This document shows, one piece after another, positions 35,751 to 49,169 of a stretch of 64,000 nt of DNA. The stretch lies in assembly GCF_006345805.1 (NCBI RefSeq), contig NC_043016.1:30938001-31002000 (forward strand), written 5' to 3'. Within the stretch, counting starts at the first letter, position 1, and every line of letters starts with the position of its first letter. The notes beneath the pieces are model-generated. The model worked only from the letters and a program-made list of their open reading frames with translations. It made no database searches and was not told the DNA's origin. The position numbers and the translations under genes are program-made. The stretch comes from Octopus sinensis. Its lineage: Eukaryota.

Positions 35751-36379
35751 TTCTGAAAGTTATTAAAGTTAAGAAATGTAGAATGAATACAAAAAATTTT
35801 TAAAGGAGTAATACCCAGAAACAAGAAATAAAGAAACAAAAGACAGGTAAAAGAAAACAATAAAATGCAACCGAGATAAAGAGTAGAAACTAGATATGGT
35901 AGGACATATGGATGGAAAAATATTTGAGTAAATGAGTCAAGTAAATAATTTAAGATGGGAATAATGATGATGAAGAAGGTGAGTAGAACAAACAGATTGG
36001 GTGACATTATATACAGATACAATATCAGATGATAGTAATGATGATGATGATGGTAATGATCACAATTAATTATAAAGATAACCAATGAACATATAAATAA
36101 ATACAGATTAATGGCCAATATGATGATACTATTGATATTCAGTGTGTAAGGAATGGATCCCAAAGCTGGCCATGTTTATGTAGAGTATGTATATACTACA
36201 ACTCATAGTGGCTCCAATAGGGACTTGATGGGGATAGTGATCAAATCACTGATAAAGGGGTCATTGGTGAAGGTAGTAGTAGCAGTAATAAGGATAATAG
36301 TGGTATTGACTGTGATGCTGATTATTATGATGAGGATGTAACTAATGCTGAGTTCAAGAGGCCGTTTTGACTAGGAAGC

Positions 36380-37700
36380 CAGGTTCACAGTTGTTGCTAT
36401 CCTGTTTGTTGATGGAATCCATTAGGGAGAGGAGTATATTTGAATACTTGCAGACTGAAACTTCTCATATGCAAGTAAGGAAAAAAAGTGTCTACTCTCT
36501 TGAATTCAGGATGTTAGATGTAGGCAGGATGTTCAATTTCTCAGTTAAGCACAGATTACATCTTGTGCCTCATCTGCTATTGGCGTCTGCTTTTCCTAAA
36601 ATGCTCCACTTACTGGTTGGATTGTTTATAACATTATCCTTCAGGTCCCAGATATACTTAGACAATGATGTAGAATACCTTATACTAAGTTACAGATCGT
36701 ATAAAGATGTTGTGTGGAGTGAAGATCAAATTTTCTATGAGCCCAATATTTGATTTTTCTGTATCTTCATAGTTGTGAACTTTGGCTTTACAGACAAGCA
36801 CTTTTGCAAGACATTTATTATCCAATAGACATTGAAATTTGTTTCTAAAATTACAATCTTGTTGGATTAGATTTAAATTGTTTGTATGTGTAATTCCCTG
36901 GTTGTAATTCAGTACCTGCAACCCTATATTTTAGAAGCAGCTATAATTAACCTTGACCATGTACTTATTGAAAATTTTGATACATCTGTGATGACTGGAG
37001 AAGTGCTTTCTTATAAGAGAGAGTAAACGTCCAACGACGTTAGTTAATACATTAGTATTGTAAGGTGGATTAAACTATATCACTTTCTTAGTTCTAAGTT
37101 TAATTTTCTTGGTGGGAACAGTTTCTAAATACCTTATTTCATTGGTGAAGAAGCCATAGTCATATTTTTAGCACATCATTGTTGTATGAGGAAGCACTAT
37201 TCAATATATTCCTATTTGAAGATGGTGGCACGTAAAAAGCACCCACTACACTCTCGGAGTGGTTGGCGTTAGGAAGGGCATCCAGCTGTAGAAACTCTTC
37301 CAGATCAAGATTGGAGCTTGGTGCAGCCATCTGGTTCGCCAGCCCTCAGTTAAAATCGTCCAACCCATGCTAGCATGGAAAGCGGACGTTAAATGATGAT
37401 GATGATGTTGGAAATACCTTTACCTACATTATCAACTATATTCCAAATTATCTTAAGGGGATGTTTAGGACCTTTGTTAGCTTAAATATTGTCTTCATTT
37501 AGCTTATGGTATGGTTGGTGTAGGCCTTTGCTTAGATCTAGAGTGAAGTCTAGAAAGTTCACCATCTCCATATGGTTGGGTATTGTCAAAAATCATTGTG
37601 GTCATTCCATAAACTAAGGAAGCTATTAATAAGTATTTTCAAACAGTACAATCTCCAGATAACTCTTATGACTCTGTAGAAAAAATGACTTATTCTAGTG
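36380..37700 (-). mobile_element. Penelope-like element (RT thumb to GIY-YIG), split by an RTE 3' UTR insertion at 37225-37410
   Basis: VNFLDFTLDLSKGLHQPYHK (about 37500-37570) and QCLLDNKCLAKVLVCKAKVHNYEDTEKSNIGL (ORF 36685-36921). Confidence 0.75.
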
Positions 37701-37824
37701 ACTGATGCAGAAAAAAAAATATGCTGCCAACTACATACATAATGTTTTAACTTGCAAAAATGAGTCTGCATGACATAATGATATTATCAAATGATTTCTT
37801 TGCATCAAACAATTTCTTTACCAA

Positions 37825-38031
37825 AAGGCGCAGGAGTGGCTGTGTGTTAAGTAGCTTGCTTACCAACCACATAGTTCCGAGTTCAGTCCCACTGCATAGC
37901 TCCTTGGACAAGTGTCTCCTACTATAGCCTCAGGCTGACCAATGCCTTGTGAGTGGATTTGGTAGACAGAAACTGAAAAAAGCCCGTTGTATATATGTAT
38001 ATATATATGTGTGTGTGTGTGTGCGTGTGCA

Positions 38032-38070
<39 letters not shown>

Positions 38071-38285
38071 TTGTGTGTGTGTGTTTGTCCCCCCAACATT
38101 GCTTGACAACTGATACTGGTGTGGTTACGTCCCCGTAACTTAGCAGTTCGGAAAAAGAGACTGATAGAATAAGTACTAGGCTTACAAAGTATAAGTTCTA
38201 GGGTTGATTTGCTCGACTAAAGGCAGTGCTCCAGCATGGCCGCAGTCAAATGACTGAAACAAGTAAAAGAGTAAAAGAGTGAAAG
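37825..38285 (+). mobile_element. SINE family A with expanded internal (TG)n
   Basis: Family A blocks. Confidence 0.9.
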
Positions 38286-38879
38286 AGATATGTATATCTC
38301 TTATAATAATTTCTGATGCCAATTTTAATATATTATGTAATGCACTAGGAAGTGATCAAGTCTCATTATCAGAATTAGATTTAAAATGAACTCTTAATTT
38401 ATGAGCACCATTTATTGATTTGCCCTGAATGTGATATACTGTAATCATTCTCCTGCTTGGATGTACATGTATACATACTAGACTTTGTGAGTGTGCACAC
38501 ATGTGTGTATATACTTGGTCATGTGTATATATGTGTATATACTGTGTGTATATACTTGGTCATGTGTATATATGAGTTTTTATGTTTACATGGTACGTAT
38601 TTGAATGTGTATACATATGAAAATCTTGCTAACACAAATGTTCAGTATGAAAGATAGCTGGAAAGTAAAGAAAATAGGTCGTCTACTAAGGAAAGAGTTG
38701 GTAAGGATCAATAATATCTTATTGATATGTGACTTTCACGTGTCCAGCAAAATGATGTTCGACCAATTAACAATCTTGTGTAGTCTGTATTGAAACATTC
38801 AACTTCTTGTGAAAAGTGTGATTTCAAACTTTGTCTGCCAGTGAAGGAATTAGGAACAAATGTGTCTGTCAAATTGAGT

Positions 38880-39330
38880 TATTTCATTAGACAGTGTTGT
38901 ATGCACTAGAGAGAAAATTGGGAACTGGTTTTATCCAGCTCTCTTGGTGAAGAAGAACTGAGACAAATTGGTAACTAGAATAACCAGTCTCAATTGGAAA
39001 TGAACCTTGAGAAAGCTAGCCATCAAGGGCCAGGCAGACGCTGTGAACACCTATGCCATGTCTATCATGTATTGCAGCCTGGCCAGTTCATATCTGATTG
39101 GACTGGATCATCAGCTCTTTTGCTTTTTATAGAAAGGACACATTCCACTGCTCAGGTGCTCTATTTGCTGTTAACACCCATTGTGTGAAAAACTTGGTAT
39201 GCCATGGCTGGTGATGCACAGGAATGCTGTGACATCTCAAGCAATTTCTTGAAGGTGAACTGATGTGGTTGCCATCTGTTAGACATGTTTTTTTCCCCCA
39301 ATTCACCTTTTTGACAGAACTACAGTCTTG
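38880..39330 (+). mobile_element. Tx1/L1-like LINE fragment downstream of the RT domain
   Basis: RKLAIKGQADAVNTY...LFCFL*KGHIPLLRCSICC*HP...LGMPWL resembles the Tx1 segment RLSLKGR..V.N...LF.FLW.G..PLVR...GGLGMP. Confidence 0.65.
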
Positions 39331-39834
39331 GATTAATGCTTTCAAGCAAAGATCAAGGCAGGATGTTGTCAAGTTCACCCAGCCCAGTGGTTCATATCAT
39401 TTCTTTCATCAATATTCAAAGTAATCAATCTTGCATAATGCTGTGACCAAGTTGGTAGCTATTGATTAATTGTCAGGTGTTACAGTATATTTCTTTTATG
39501 GCACATGTTGAACATTAATCCTTAGAACTCTGTAAAAATAATATGCTGATTGATTCTGCTGCTGTCTTGCAAGTAAATACTACCAAATCAGACGACTCCA
39601 TGTGAGGATATTTATGTAAGAGAAACAAAGAAATACAAAGAACCAAATGTAAAAAGTAGGAATCAGTAGAATTTCACAAGATAATTATCTTCTCTCCTCT
39701 TTGAGAGTTTTGCTCATTGGTGTAACAGACTGTCCACCTATGCTACCTACTATAAATCAGGTACTAAGATGTCCTGATCCTCAGAGTTTTAAATCTGACT
39801 TGCAATTACATTCACATCTAGACCTTAAATAATA

Positions 39835-40040
39835 CTCTTTTACTTGTTTCAGTCATTTGACTGTGGTCATGCTGGAGCACTGCCTTTAGTCGAGCAAATT
39901 GACCCTAGGACTTATTCTTTGTAAGCCTAGTACTTATTCTATTGGACTCTTTTGCTGAACTGCTAGTTATGGAGACGTAAACACACCAGCATAGGTTGTT
40001 AAGCAATGTTGGGGGGGGGGGGCAAAACAGACACACAAAC
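39835..40040 (-). mobile_element. SINE family A, 3' half
   Basis: Family A blocks in reverse orientation. Confidence 0.85.
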
Positions 40041-41689
40041 ATATATGCACACACACACACACACATATATATATATTATATATATATATATATATATATG
40101 TGAGATGCTAATGGTTGAGTTTGATTCTGTTCTGGCTGTGTATAAATGATGATAAACAACACTCAGGAACAATTTTACAGAAACTTATTCACTACACAAA
40201 TAACTTTCCAAGTTGGTCTTGAAATTAAAAAAATGCAGCAACTAAGTTTACACACCGGGAGGACATTTCTTTAGTTATTACAAAATATTTGGTTAAGTAG
40301 ACTCTGTTAGTACACTGTCATGATAAGAAAAATTCACGCTGGATTCATGACAGCTAAATTGTAACTGAATAAGGAGTCATCAAAACAATTGTTAAATACT
40401 GCAAATTGAGAAAGCGGTTTACATGGCAGCAATTCTTAACAAGCTAAATTTGGCACTCAAAGCAAGCCTGTTTCTAAGCCTTATTAGAAAATGTTCTAGA
40501 AAGTTGTATCATGTGACATCTCAGTGCTGACCGGTCAGTTAATTGGCCAATCATATGCAATTGTTATTAGAAAGCTGTGGCTTTTACTTGGCAATTTGCC
40601 GATTCAGTTTAAAATCTGCTACATGGCAAACAACACCCAGCCTAAACCAACTGAACCAATAGAAAATATGCACAACCTCACCTCTAAGTCCTAAATTCAA
40701 AAGCAATTTGGTAAAGTACCCAATATAATGTTCAACAGTGCTAACCATCACATCTACTTTAAAATACTAATTTCTTGCATAGTCACAAAAATTGTTATCA
40801 TTGGTGGAGAAGAGATTATGTGGTGTTCATCCTTTTCTCAAGTGCATTAGTGAAGCAAATACATCAGCCACCACAATGCTCATATAATGCCACTATAGCT
40901 TGCAGTAGTAAACTTTTGTTTCTTCATTATAACTATTCAAGTCAAGTGGACTTGAGCAGTAAGAATTAAGTTTCACTGTTATGAATACAGCTGAATAATT
41001 GGTGGTAGGATGTAAGCAATTGATTCTTTGACCTGTTAGCCAGCATGGTATAAATATAGTCAGCTATAAGACATGGAGAGCTTACAAACAGCATTACTAA
41101 GAATGAATGAATGAGAGAGAGAAGAGAGAGTGAAGAAAAAAGAGAGAGTGAAGAAAAAAGAGAGAGTGAAGAAAAAAGAGAGAGTGAGAAGAGAGAAAAG
41201 AGAGGAGAGAGAAAGAGGGGAAAGAGAAAAAGAGCTCTAGTACTGAATATATTTTTATAAATGGAACAGACAAATAAAGGATATTTATTTTTAGAAAGTG
41301 AACTGATATTTTCTACCAAGAGAATATATTTTTTTTATATATCAATATCATAAGAATTATGCTATGTATGGTTTAAGACGGATTTTAAAAGAAGAAATTT
41401 ATTTGGAAATTAATAAAAAAAAACCATCAGCAAAAAACATAGTTTGTATCGATGTGTTTGTGGTGAGCTGTACAGCTAACACTCAGAGACACCATGTTAT
41501 TGGGAAACACATGGTAAATAGAAAGAAGGAAGAAAGAATGGCCAGATATGCTTGATAATGTGAAAATTCTCAAAACTAAACAAAATACTGTTTGTGTGTG
41601 TGTATGTAAGTATGTATGTATGTAAGTGTATGTATACACACACACATGTATATATGTATGTAGTATGTATATATATCTATCTATTACAT

Positions 41690-42858
41690 ACATACATACA
41701 TAACAAATCAAAATAGATGAACATCAATGGAATCTGTATCTTTGTGGTACCAGTGCCGGTGGCACACACTTTGTGGTCACCGGTGCGGTGGCACACAAGA
41801 GAACCATCCGAACGTGGCTGTAGCCAGTTCCGCATCGACGGCCTCCGTGCTGTGGGCACATAACAACACCATCCGATCATGGCCGTTCGCCAAGCCTCAT
41901 CTGGCACCTGTGTCGGTGGCACATAAAAACACCTTCCGAAGACCGGCAAGACTAGTCAGTCCACCTGTGCATACCTTCCTTCTTGTGACATTGTGAAGAC
42001 CGGTTGAGGCAAGTGAAAATCAAATCAAATCAAATCAAATCAAAATAGACAAAATAGATGAACATCAATGGAATTTGTATCTTGTGGTACCAGTGCCTGT
42101 GGCACACAAGAAAATCATCAGTGCTGTAGTCAGTGTGGTAGGCACATGACAAACACCATCCGATCGTGGCCGTTCGCCAGCCTCATCTAGCACCTGTGTC
42201 GGTGGCACATAAAAACACCATCCGAAGACCCGGCAAGACTAGTCAGGCATAACCCATGGCCCCTACCTGGGACGTAGTCAGTCCACCTGTGCATACCTTC
42301 CTCTCTTGTGACAATTGTGAAGACCTGTTGAGGCAAGTGAAAATCAAATCAAAAAAATCAAAATAGATGAACATCAATGGAATTTGTATCTTTGTGGTAC
42401 CAGTGCCGGTGGCACGTGGCACACAAGAAAACCATCCGAACGTGGCCGTAGCCAGTACCGCATCGACTGCCCTCCGTGCTGTGGGCACGTAACAAGCACC
42501 ATCCGATCGTGGCCGTTTGCCAGCCTCATCTGGCACCGTGTCGGGTGGCACATAAAAACAACATCCGAGCGTGGCCGTCTGCCAGCCTCGTCTGGCACCT
42601 GTGTCGGTGGCACATAAAAAAACACCATCCGAGCGTGGCCGTTTGCCAGCCTCGTCTGGCACCTGTGTCGTTGGCACATAAAATCACCCACTACACTCTC
42701 GGAGTGGTTGCGTTAGGAAGGGCATCCAGCTGTAGAAACACTGCCAGATCTGACTGGACTGGTGCAGCTTTCGGGCTCCCCAGACCCCAGTTGAACCGTC
42801 CAACCCATGCTAGCATGGAAAGCGGACGTTAAATGATGATGATGATGATGATGATGAT

Positions 42859-42860
<2 letters not shown>
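41690..42860 (+). mobile_element. RTE 3' UTR-type element with three head-to-tail subunits and an internal ~60-bp minisatellite
   Basis: aaatcaaaatagatgaacatcaatggaat recurs at about 41705, 42050 and 42357; the element ends in ggacgttaaa(tga)n. Confidence 0.9.

Positions 42861-42932
<72 letters not shown>
42836..42932 (+). repeat. (GAT)n followed by (GATA)n microsatellite; dozens of (TA)n, (CA)n, (GA)n and (AAT)n tracts occur elsewhere (e.g. 6860-7025, 43500-43650, 55560-55725)
   Basis: Direct reading. Confidence 0.95.
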
Positions 42933-42933
<1 letters not shown>

Positions 42934-43384
42934 TTAAAATTATAAATAAGGGTTTCTAAGAGATACCACCATGCTTGAAATAGAAGTCAAAACCCTGACT
43001 CTAAAACCACATCATGTATTCAATACAGCACAAGGTGAAAAGATATATATATATACACACACACACAAGCACATATATATAACTTGGTGCAGTTGTTGGA
43101 CTGACGCCATGCTGGGATACCACTTTTAAGGGTTTAATGAAATGATTTGACACTAAGGCTTAATTTTCAGTCAAGTACTTATTGTATCAGTCTCCTTTGC
43201 TGAACTACTATGTTACAGATACATAACTTTTAGTTGTCAAGCAGTGGAGCAAGCAAACATGAACATACACATCTATCTATCTATATATATAGTAAATCCC
43301 AAAAAGAAGAACAAACACAAAAAACACATGAGGACATGGTACATGTAAAGTATTAGCAGATGCTCAGGGAAGGAAAGAAGGATG

Positions 43385-43430
43385 GTTTAATGTTTCGAGC
43401 AGACGCTCTTCTTCGGAAGCAGAGGAAAGT
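43385..43430 (-). ncRNA. Degenerate hammerhead-like motif
   Basis: ctt CCGAAGA a-gagc-gtct-gctc GAAAC atta. The 4-bp stem II and GAAAC are intact; U4 is C and G16.2 is altered. Confidence 0.45.
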
Positions 43431-43522
43431 CCAATAGAAGGTAAAACGGAGGAAGAAAATCGCCAATGATTCACATGTTATATTTTGAAATGTATGTGTA
43501 TATATATATATGTGTGTGTGTA

Positions 43523-43584
<62 letters not shown>

Positions 43585-43921
43585 ATATATATATTATATA
43601 TATATATAATATATATATATTATATATATTATATATACACACACACCACACATATATATATCTGTCCTTGTTTTCGTATACATTAGCTGCTTTCTTCCAA
43701 GGAAGCTAATGCTCTTAGCTTAGTTTTTCCTGGGGATAGGCAGATTGGAACAATCTCGAGTATAACCAGACAAAATTGCAAAGATAAACTGGAACTCATC
43801 TGAGGAAAGAAAACTCCAAATGACCCATCCTTGTTTTCTTTGTATCATCTATCTGGATGTATTGTTGTCCTTTTTTGTATCACCTAACTGTCTGGATGTT
43901 TTGCATTCTTGTCTTATTTTG

Positions 43922-43959
<38 letters not shown>

Positions 43960-44150
43960 TTCTAAGGGTTTAATGAAACATTTTGACACTAGGGCTTAGT
44001 TTTAAGTCTAGTACTTATTCTATCAGTCTCCTTTGCTGAACTGCTATATTACAGAAACAGATTTTAGCTGTCAAGCAGTGGAGCAAGCAAACATGAACAT
44101 TAAGACACATCTGTATATACATATACTTACATATATATATATAAATATAC

Positions 44151-44181
<31 letters not shown>

Positions 44182-44183
44182 TG

Positions 44184-44465
44184 TGGAGGCGCAATGGCCC
44201 AGTGCTTAGGGCAGCAGACTCACGGTTATAGGATTGCAATTTCAATTCCCAGACCGGGCGTTGTGAGTTTTTATTCTGGCTCTGGCAGGGGGTGGTGGAG
44301 AACCCTGCTGTACTCTTTCACCACAACTTTCTCTCTTTCCTCTGTTGGCTTGCTCGCTTAGCCAGCAGTGTGGCATCATTTGAAGGCTAAAACAATGCGA
44401 AGTACATTGTGACCAGCGATGTGTAGCAGCATCTGATAGCCTGGTCGGTCACAGTGATCACAGGG
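44184..44465 (+). mobile_element. SINE family C (tggcccagtggttag tRNA head, RTE-like tail); other copies at 32885-33195 (minus), 45340-45490 (minus), 6010-6190 (plus) and 49675-50190 (plus, different 3' part)
   Basis: A box gcaatggcccagtgcttag; shared tgacgccaccc.gctgg and cattgtgaccagcgatgtgtagca blocks in the two long copies. Confidence 0.8.
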
Positions 44466-44481
44466 ATATATATATAAATAT

Positions 44482-44512
<31 letters not shown>

Positions 44513-45143
44513 TATATGTCATCATCATCATCCTCATCGTTTAACGTCCGTTCTCCATGCTAGTATGTGTTGGACGGGTTTGACCGGGTATCTGGGAAGC
44601 CAGAAGGCTGCGCCAGGCTCCGGTCTTATCTGGCAATGTTTCTACAGCTGGATGCCTTTCCTAATGCCAACCACTCCGTGAGTGTAGTGGGTGCTTTTTA
44701 CATGCCACCTGCACTGGAGCCAGGCGAGGCTGGCATCGGCCACGGTCAGATTGGTGCATTTTACGTGCCACCTGCACGGAAGCCAGTCGAGGCGGCACTG
44801 GCTTCGGCCATGATTCGGATGGTGCTTTTTTCGTGCCACCAACACGGAAGCCAGTCGAGGCGGTACTGGCATCGGCCATGATTCGCATAGTGCTTTTTAC
44901 GTATCTCCAGTCCAGGGGTCCTGGCATCTGCCAGGTGCCAGTCATAGGATTGGTTCAATTTCGATTCCGATTTCGATTTCACTTGCCCCCACAGGTCTTC
45001 GCAAGCAAAGCGGGGTAGGCATAGGTGCCTGTCATCGGATGAGGTTCGATATCGACTTATATATTATATATACACATATATATTATATGTATATATTATA
45101 TATACACATATATACATATATATACATCTATTTATACACACAC

Positions 45144-45178
<35 letters not shown>

Positions 45179-45496
45179 AACACACACACATGATGGAATC
45201 TGCCATTAAAAAAGATGAATGAGTGGTCTGCTTTTTTGCCAAAATACCTGCACAATTGATTTGCTTATAGTGACCAAATGTACCTGCAGTACATTAGCTC
45301 TCTAGCCTCTATCAAATCAACATTGTCTGAACAGGTGCACAGCATGGAACATGTTGGGTGTCGAAGGGATTGCAGAGGAATATGAAATGAAATGTTTTTC
45401 TCAAGAACACAATTCACCATCCAGTCTAGGAACTGAAACCATGACCTTCTGATTGTGAGGGTAACACCCTAACCACTGGGCAATGCATCTTCACTA

Positions 45497-45534
<38 letters not shown>

Positions 45535-45538
<4 letters not shown>

Positions 45539-46244
45539 TCATCATCATCATCATTTAACGTCCGCTTTCCGTGCTAGCATGGGTTGGATGGTTCAACTGG
45601 GGTCTGGGGAGCCCGAAGGCTGCACCAAACCAGTCAGATCTGGCAGTGTTTCTACAGCTGGATGCCCTTCCTAACACCAACCACTCCGAGAGTGTAGTGG
45701 GTGATTTTATGTGCCACCGACACAGGTGCCAGACGAGGCTGGCAGACGGCCACGCTCGGATGGTGTTTTTACGTGCCACCGACACAGGTGCCAGATGAGG
45801 CTGGCGAACGGCCATGATCGGATGGTGTTTGTTACGTGCCCACAGCACGGAGGCCAGTCGATGCGGTACTGGCTACGGCCATGTTCGGATGGTTTTCTTG
45901 TGTGCCACCGGCACTGGTACCACAAAGATACAAATTCCATTGATGTCCATCTATTTTGATTTGTTTTGATTTGATTTTCACTTGCCTCAACAGGTCTTCA
46001 CAAGTGTCACAAGAAGGAAAGTATGCACAGGTGGACAGACTACGTCCCAGGTAGGGGCCACGGGTTATGGCCTGACTAGTCTTGCCGGGTCGATGGTGTT
46101 TTTATGTGTCACCGACACAGGTGCCAGATGAGGCTGGCGAACGGCCACGATCGGATGGTGTTTGTTATGTGCCCACAGCATGAAGGCCAGTCGATGCAGT
46201 ACTGGCTACGGCCACGTTCGGATGGTTTTCTTGTGTGCCACCGG

Positions 46245-46250
<6 letters not shown>
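45535..46250 (-). mobile_element. Inverted copy of the 41.7-42.9 kb element
   Basis: Near-identical reverse complement of about 42140-42850. Confidence 0.9.
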
Positions 46251-46334
<84 letters not shown>

Positions 46335-46599
46335 TGTATGCATGTATGCATGTATGATTAGATGAAGATAGTTATGATCAGTCTGAAAGAGTTACCCAGG
46401 TTTCAAGTCCATAAATCATTTAGCTTTACAGTGTCTCTTCACACCCCAATGCCTGGTGGCCTATGTACACATATATAATGGGCTTCCAGTTTTCATCAAC
46501 CAAATTCACTTACATACATTTATACACACACACACACACACACATATATAGACATTTGCACATACACACACACACATATAAATATATATAGGTTACAAG

Positions 46600-47400
46600 A
46601 AGTAATGGTATCAGTAAGACCCAAAGGTTTCAGGTAATGCTGAGTAAGTGCTATGGATAGACCATAGTTAAGCTCCAGGTTCAACAATTATGCGAATAAG
46701 GAGTCCAACATATCAGCATGTGTATATATAAAAATTATTTTCAGAATGAGATAAAAAAACCAAGGCTGTGAAAATTTTAGAACATTTATAAATAGGTCTT
46801 ACAGCTGTTTCCCGGATGTTTATTATATCCCTTCATCGGATATGGTGTGAGAAAATGGTTAAGCAATAGTTAATTTAGATAAGGTACGAAGTAGAGAGTG
46901 AAGTGGAGGAATGAAAATAGATGTGAGATATGCAGGGATATTGCATTTGTAGATCCATTATTTAGGCAGAATGGTATACATATAAGAATCCAATACCTTG
47001 TGAGTAAAATCCAATAGTATTTAAAATTGGTCATTCCAAGTATAGAGTTTGTACACAGTACTGTTGAATCAAGGGTATTATTTAAAGTGACCTAAAAGTA
47101 GGGAATGTATTTGTAAGGTCAAATCAAAAACAGGAAGAGAAAACAGTCAGTGGTCAGTCAAAATAATTTGAAAGTAGGAATGGGGAGATGAGGGTGATAG
47201 AGAGAGCAAGGTATTTGAGTGTAAAAAGATAGAGGGAATGGGGTGTGATAGAGAAAGAGAGGTATAAAAATGTAAAAGGTAAAGGAGTGTCAGTTATGTA
47301 GTGATAGAGTCTAAGTGATGGGGCAGAGATAGGGGTAGTAGTATGGAATGAAGAATTTAGGAATATAGATTAGACGTTTAGACAGGTCAGTGTTTAGTAG
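46600..47400 (-). mobile_element. Second copy of the hammerhead-bearing PLE terminal region
   Basis: Shared blocks with 33240-33490: gtaagtgcta.gga.a.accatagtt, aaaccaaggctgtg, acatttataaa and tcttacagctgtttc. Confidence 0.6.
46797..46843 (-). ncRNA. Degenerate copy of the same hammerhead motif
   Basis: tat CCGATGA agggatat-aataa-acatccgg GAAAC agct GTA aga. U4 is changed to C and stem II is broken. Flanks 46600-46800 resemble 33240-33440. Confidence 0.65.
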
Positions 47401-47469
47401 TAGAAGAAAATATATATGTGAAGATGTATACATATGTATATATTAGACATGTATATATATATATTTATA

Positions 47470-49030
47470 CAGATGACCAAACCGAACCATACTGCCCTGC
47501 ATCTCTACAGTAACCCTCAAGGATCACAAGAAGGACTTTATTACCAAACCTTCAAAATGCCTAATATACCCCCACCAAATCCAACCTAGGAAGGGTAAGT
47601 AAAAACATTTGGGACAAAATAATACCAATCATCAAGGACAAATTAAACATTAACCTATGGTCCCAGACTGTTGAAGTTATTACATGGTTCCGCCTTCTAA
47701 AAACCAAAAACTCATATTCCTTCCTACAATTCAACATATATAATTACTACTCTTCTATTTCTCCCAAACTTCTTAATCAAGCTCTTCTCCTAGCTAGGAA
47801 CATTACTAACCTAACCCCACTAGAAATTAACTTAATGCTTAATGCCCGCAAAACCCTTATTTCTTTTGAAAGCAAACTCTGGTGCTGGGCCAATAACCAT
47901 AGCAACTTATTCGACATAACCATAGGATCATCTGATTCAGCTCAGGTCACTGAGTTGGATTATATATACTACATCAGCTCCAGATACATTTCCCTAACAT
48001 CAAGGGAGACCTATACAGGGCTGACGCTTTATTAGTTACCAAAAGCATAAATAAATCCTCCTTAGAAAGAACTAGAAAAGATCTACATAAATTCTTCTCT
48101 AACCTAAACTTATCTATCACATTCGAAAACGCACACAAAGCTGTTAACTTTCTTGATACAACTTTAAACTTATCAACCTCCCAATACTCCCCTTACCACA
48201 AACCTAACCAATATCTTAAATACCTTAATAACCACTCCAATCACCACAAATCCACTTTTGATAACATAATCAAGGGCATCTCAACCCGCATATTTGACCT
48301 CTCTTCCACTGAGGAAATTTTCAATAATCATGCACCATACTATAATCAAGCACTTGCCGCTAGCGGCTTCTTCCAAAAAATAGAATACATCCATAACACC
48401 AGGCTCAAACAATACACATCTCAAACATGCACCAACCATCACAATCGCAACCAACCACACACACTCGTCGATGGAACCCTGGAAGGTCTTAGACCTAGGC
48501 AACCTAGAACCAACACACATTCATTTAACACTAGGTCAAAACCGAAAACAACTAAAACAGCTAACAACAACAGGCTTCGCCACCCACATAACTTCTCCAA
48601 AAATATAGATAGCACTTCTTTATCTAAAAACTTAGATAGCACTACTCCCAGACCTCCTAAAAAAAGCAGCGGACATTCTATTCTGTGGTAAACCCCCCCC
48701 CCCATTCTCACTTAAAGTTAAAAACTTAGCTAAATCCTTCTTTAAAATACCAGACTCTATCTTCCCTCAGCAACATAAATATCATTTTACCTTTAATCGA
48801 TCCACCCCGAAACTATCGTATTCTGCCCCACCCAACTTCGAATCTATTGTAGAAGCCTCTAATAAGCAAAAGCTTTCTCTTTACTATCAAAACTCACATA
48901 ACTACAACTCTAGTCATATGAACACTCAACACACACACAGTTCCAGCATAGAATACCCTTACATTAGACCACAACCACAACCACAACCCAAACCATCCTA
49001 CTGACACTACCCGGAACACCACCACAATCT
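47470..49030 (+). mobile_element. Penelope-like RT fragment with a long low-complexity linker
   Basis: TLKDHKKDF, LFDITIGSSDSAQVTEL, YRADAL, NFLDTTLNL, YYNQALAASGF and ILW*TPPPFS motifs. Confidence 0.8.
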
Positions 49031-49169
49031 CTACAACCCTTACAAATAGTACAATTAATAACAACAGAGAATTTCTGAGGAATATTAGTAGTTATGTAAG
49101 ATGTGAATAGTGGATTAGGCCAGTTAATATTCTTTGATTCATCTTTTCTATTATTTATCTTTCATTTTT

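Noticed and set aside
41995-42030. CTGTTGA/CGGTTGA...GAAA in the RTE 3' UTR as a hammerhead
   Set aside because: The core is not CUGANGA and no stem II can form.
42400-42680. Regularly spaced ~60-bp GC-rich repeats resembling a CRISPR array
   Set aside because: Eukaryotic context, no unique spacers and no cas genes; it is the minisatellite of the RTE 3' UTR.
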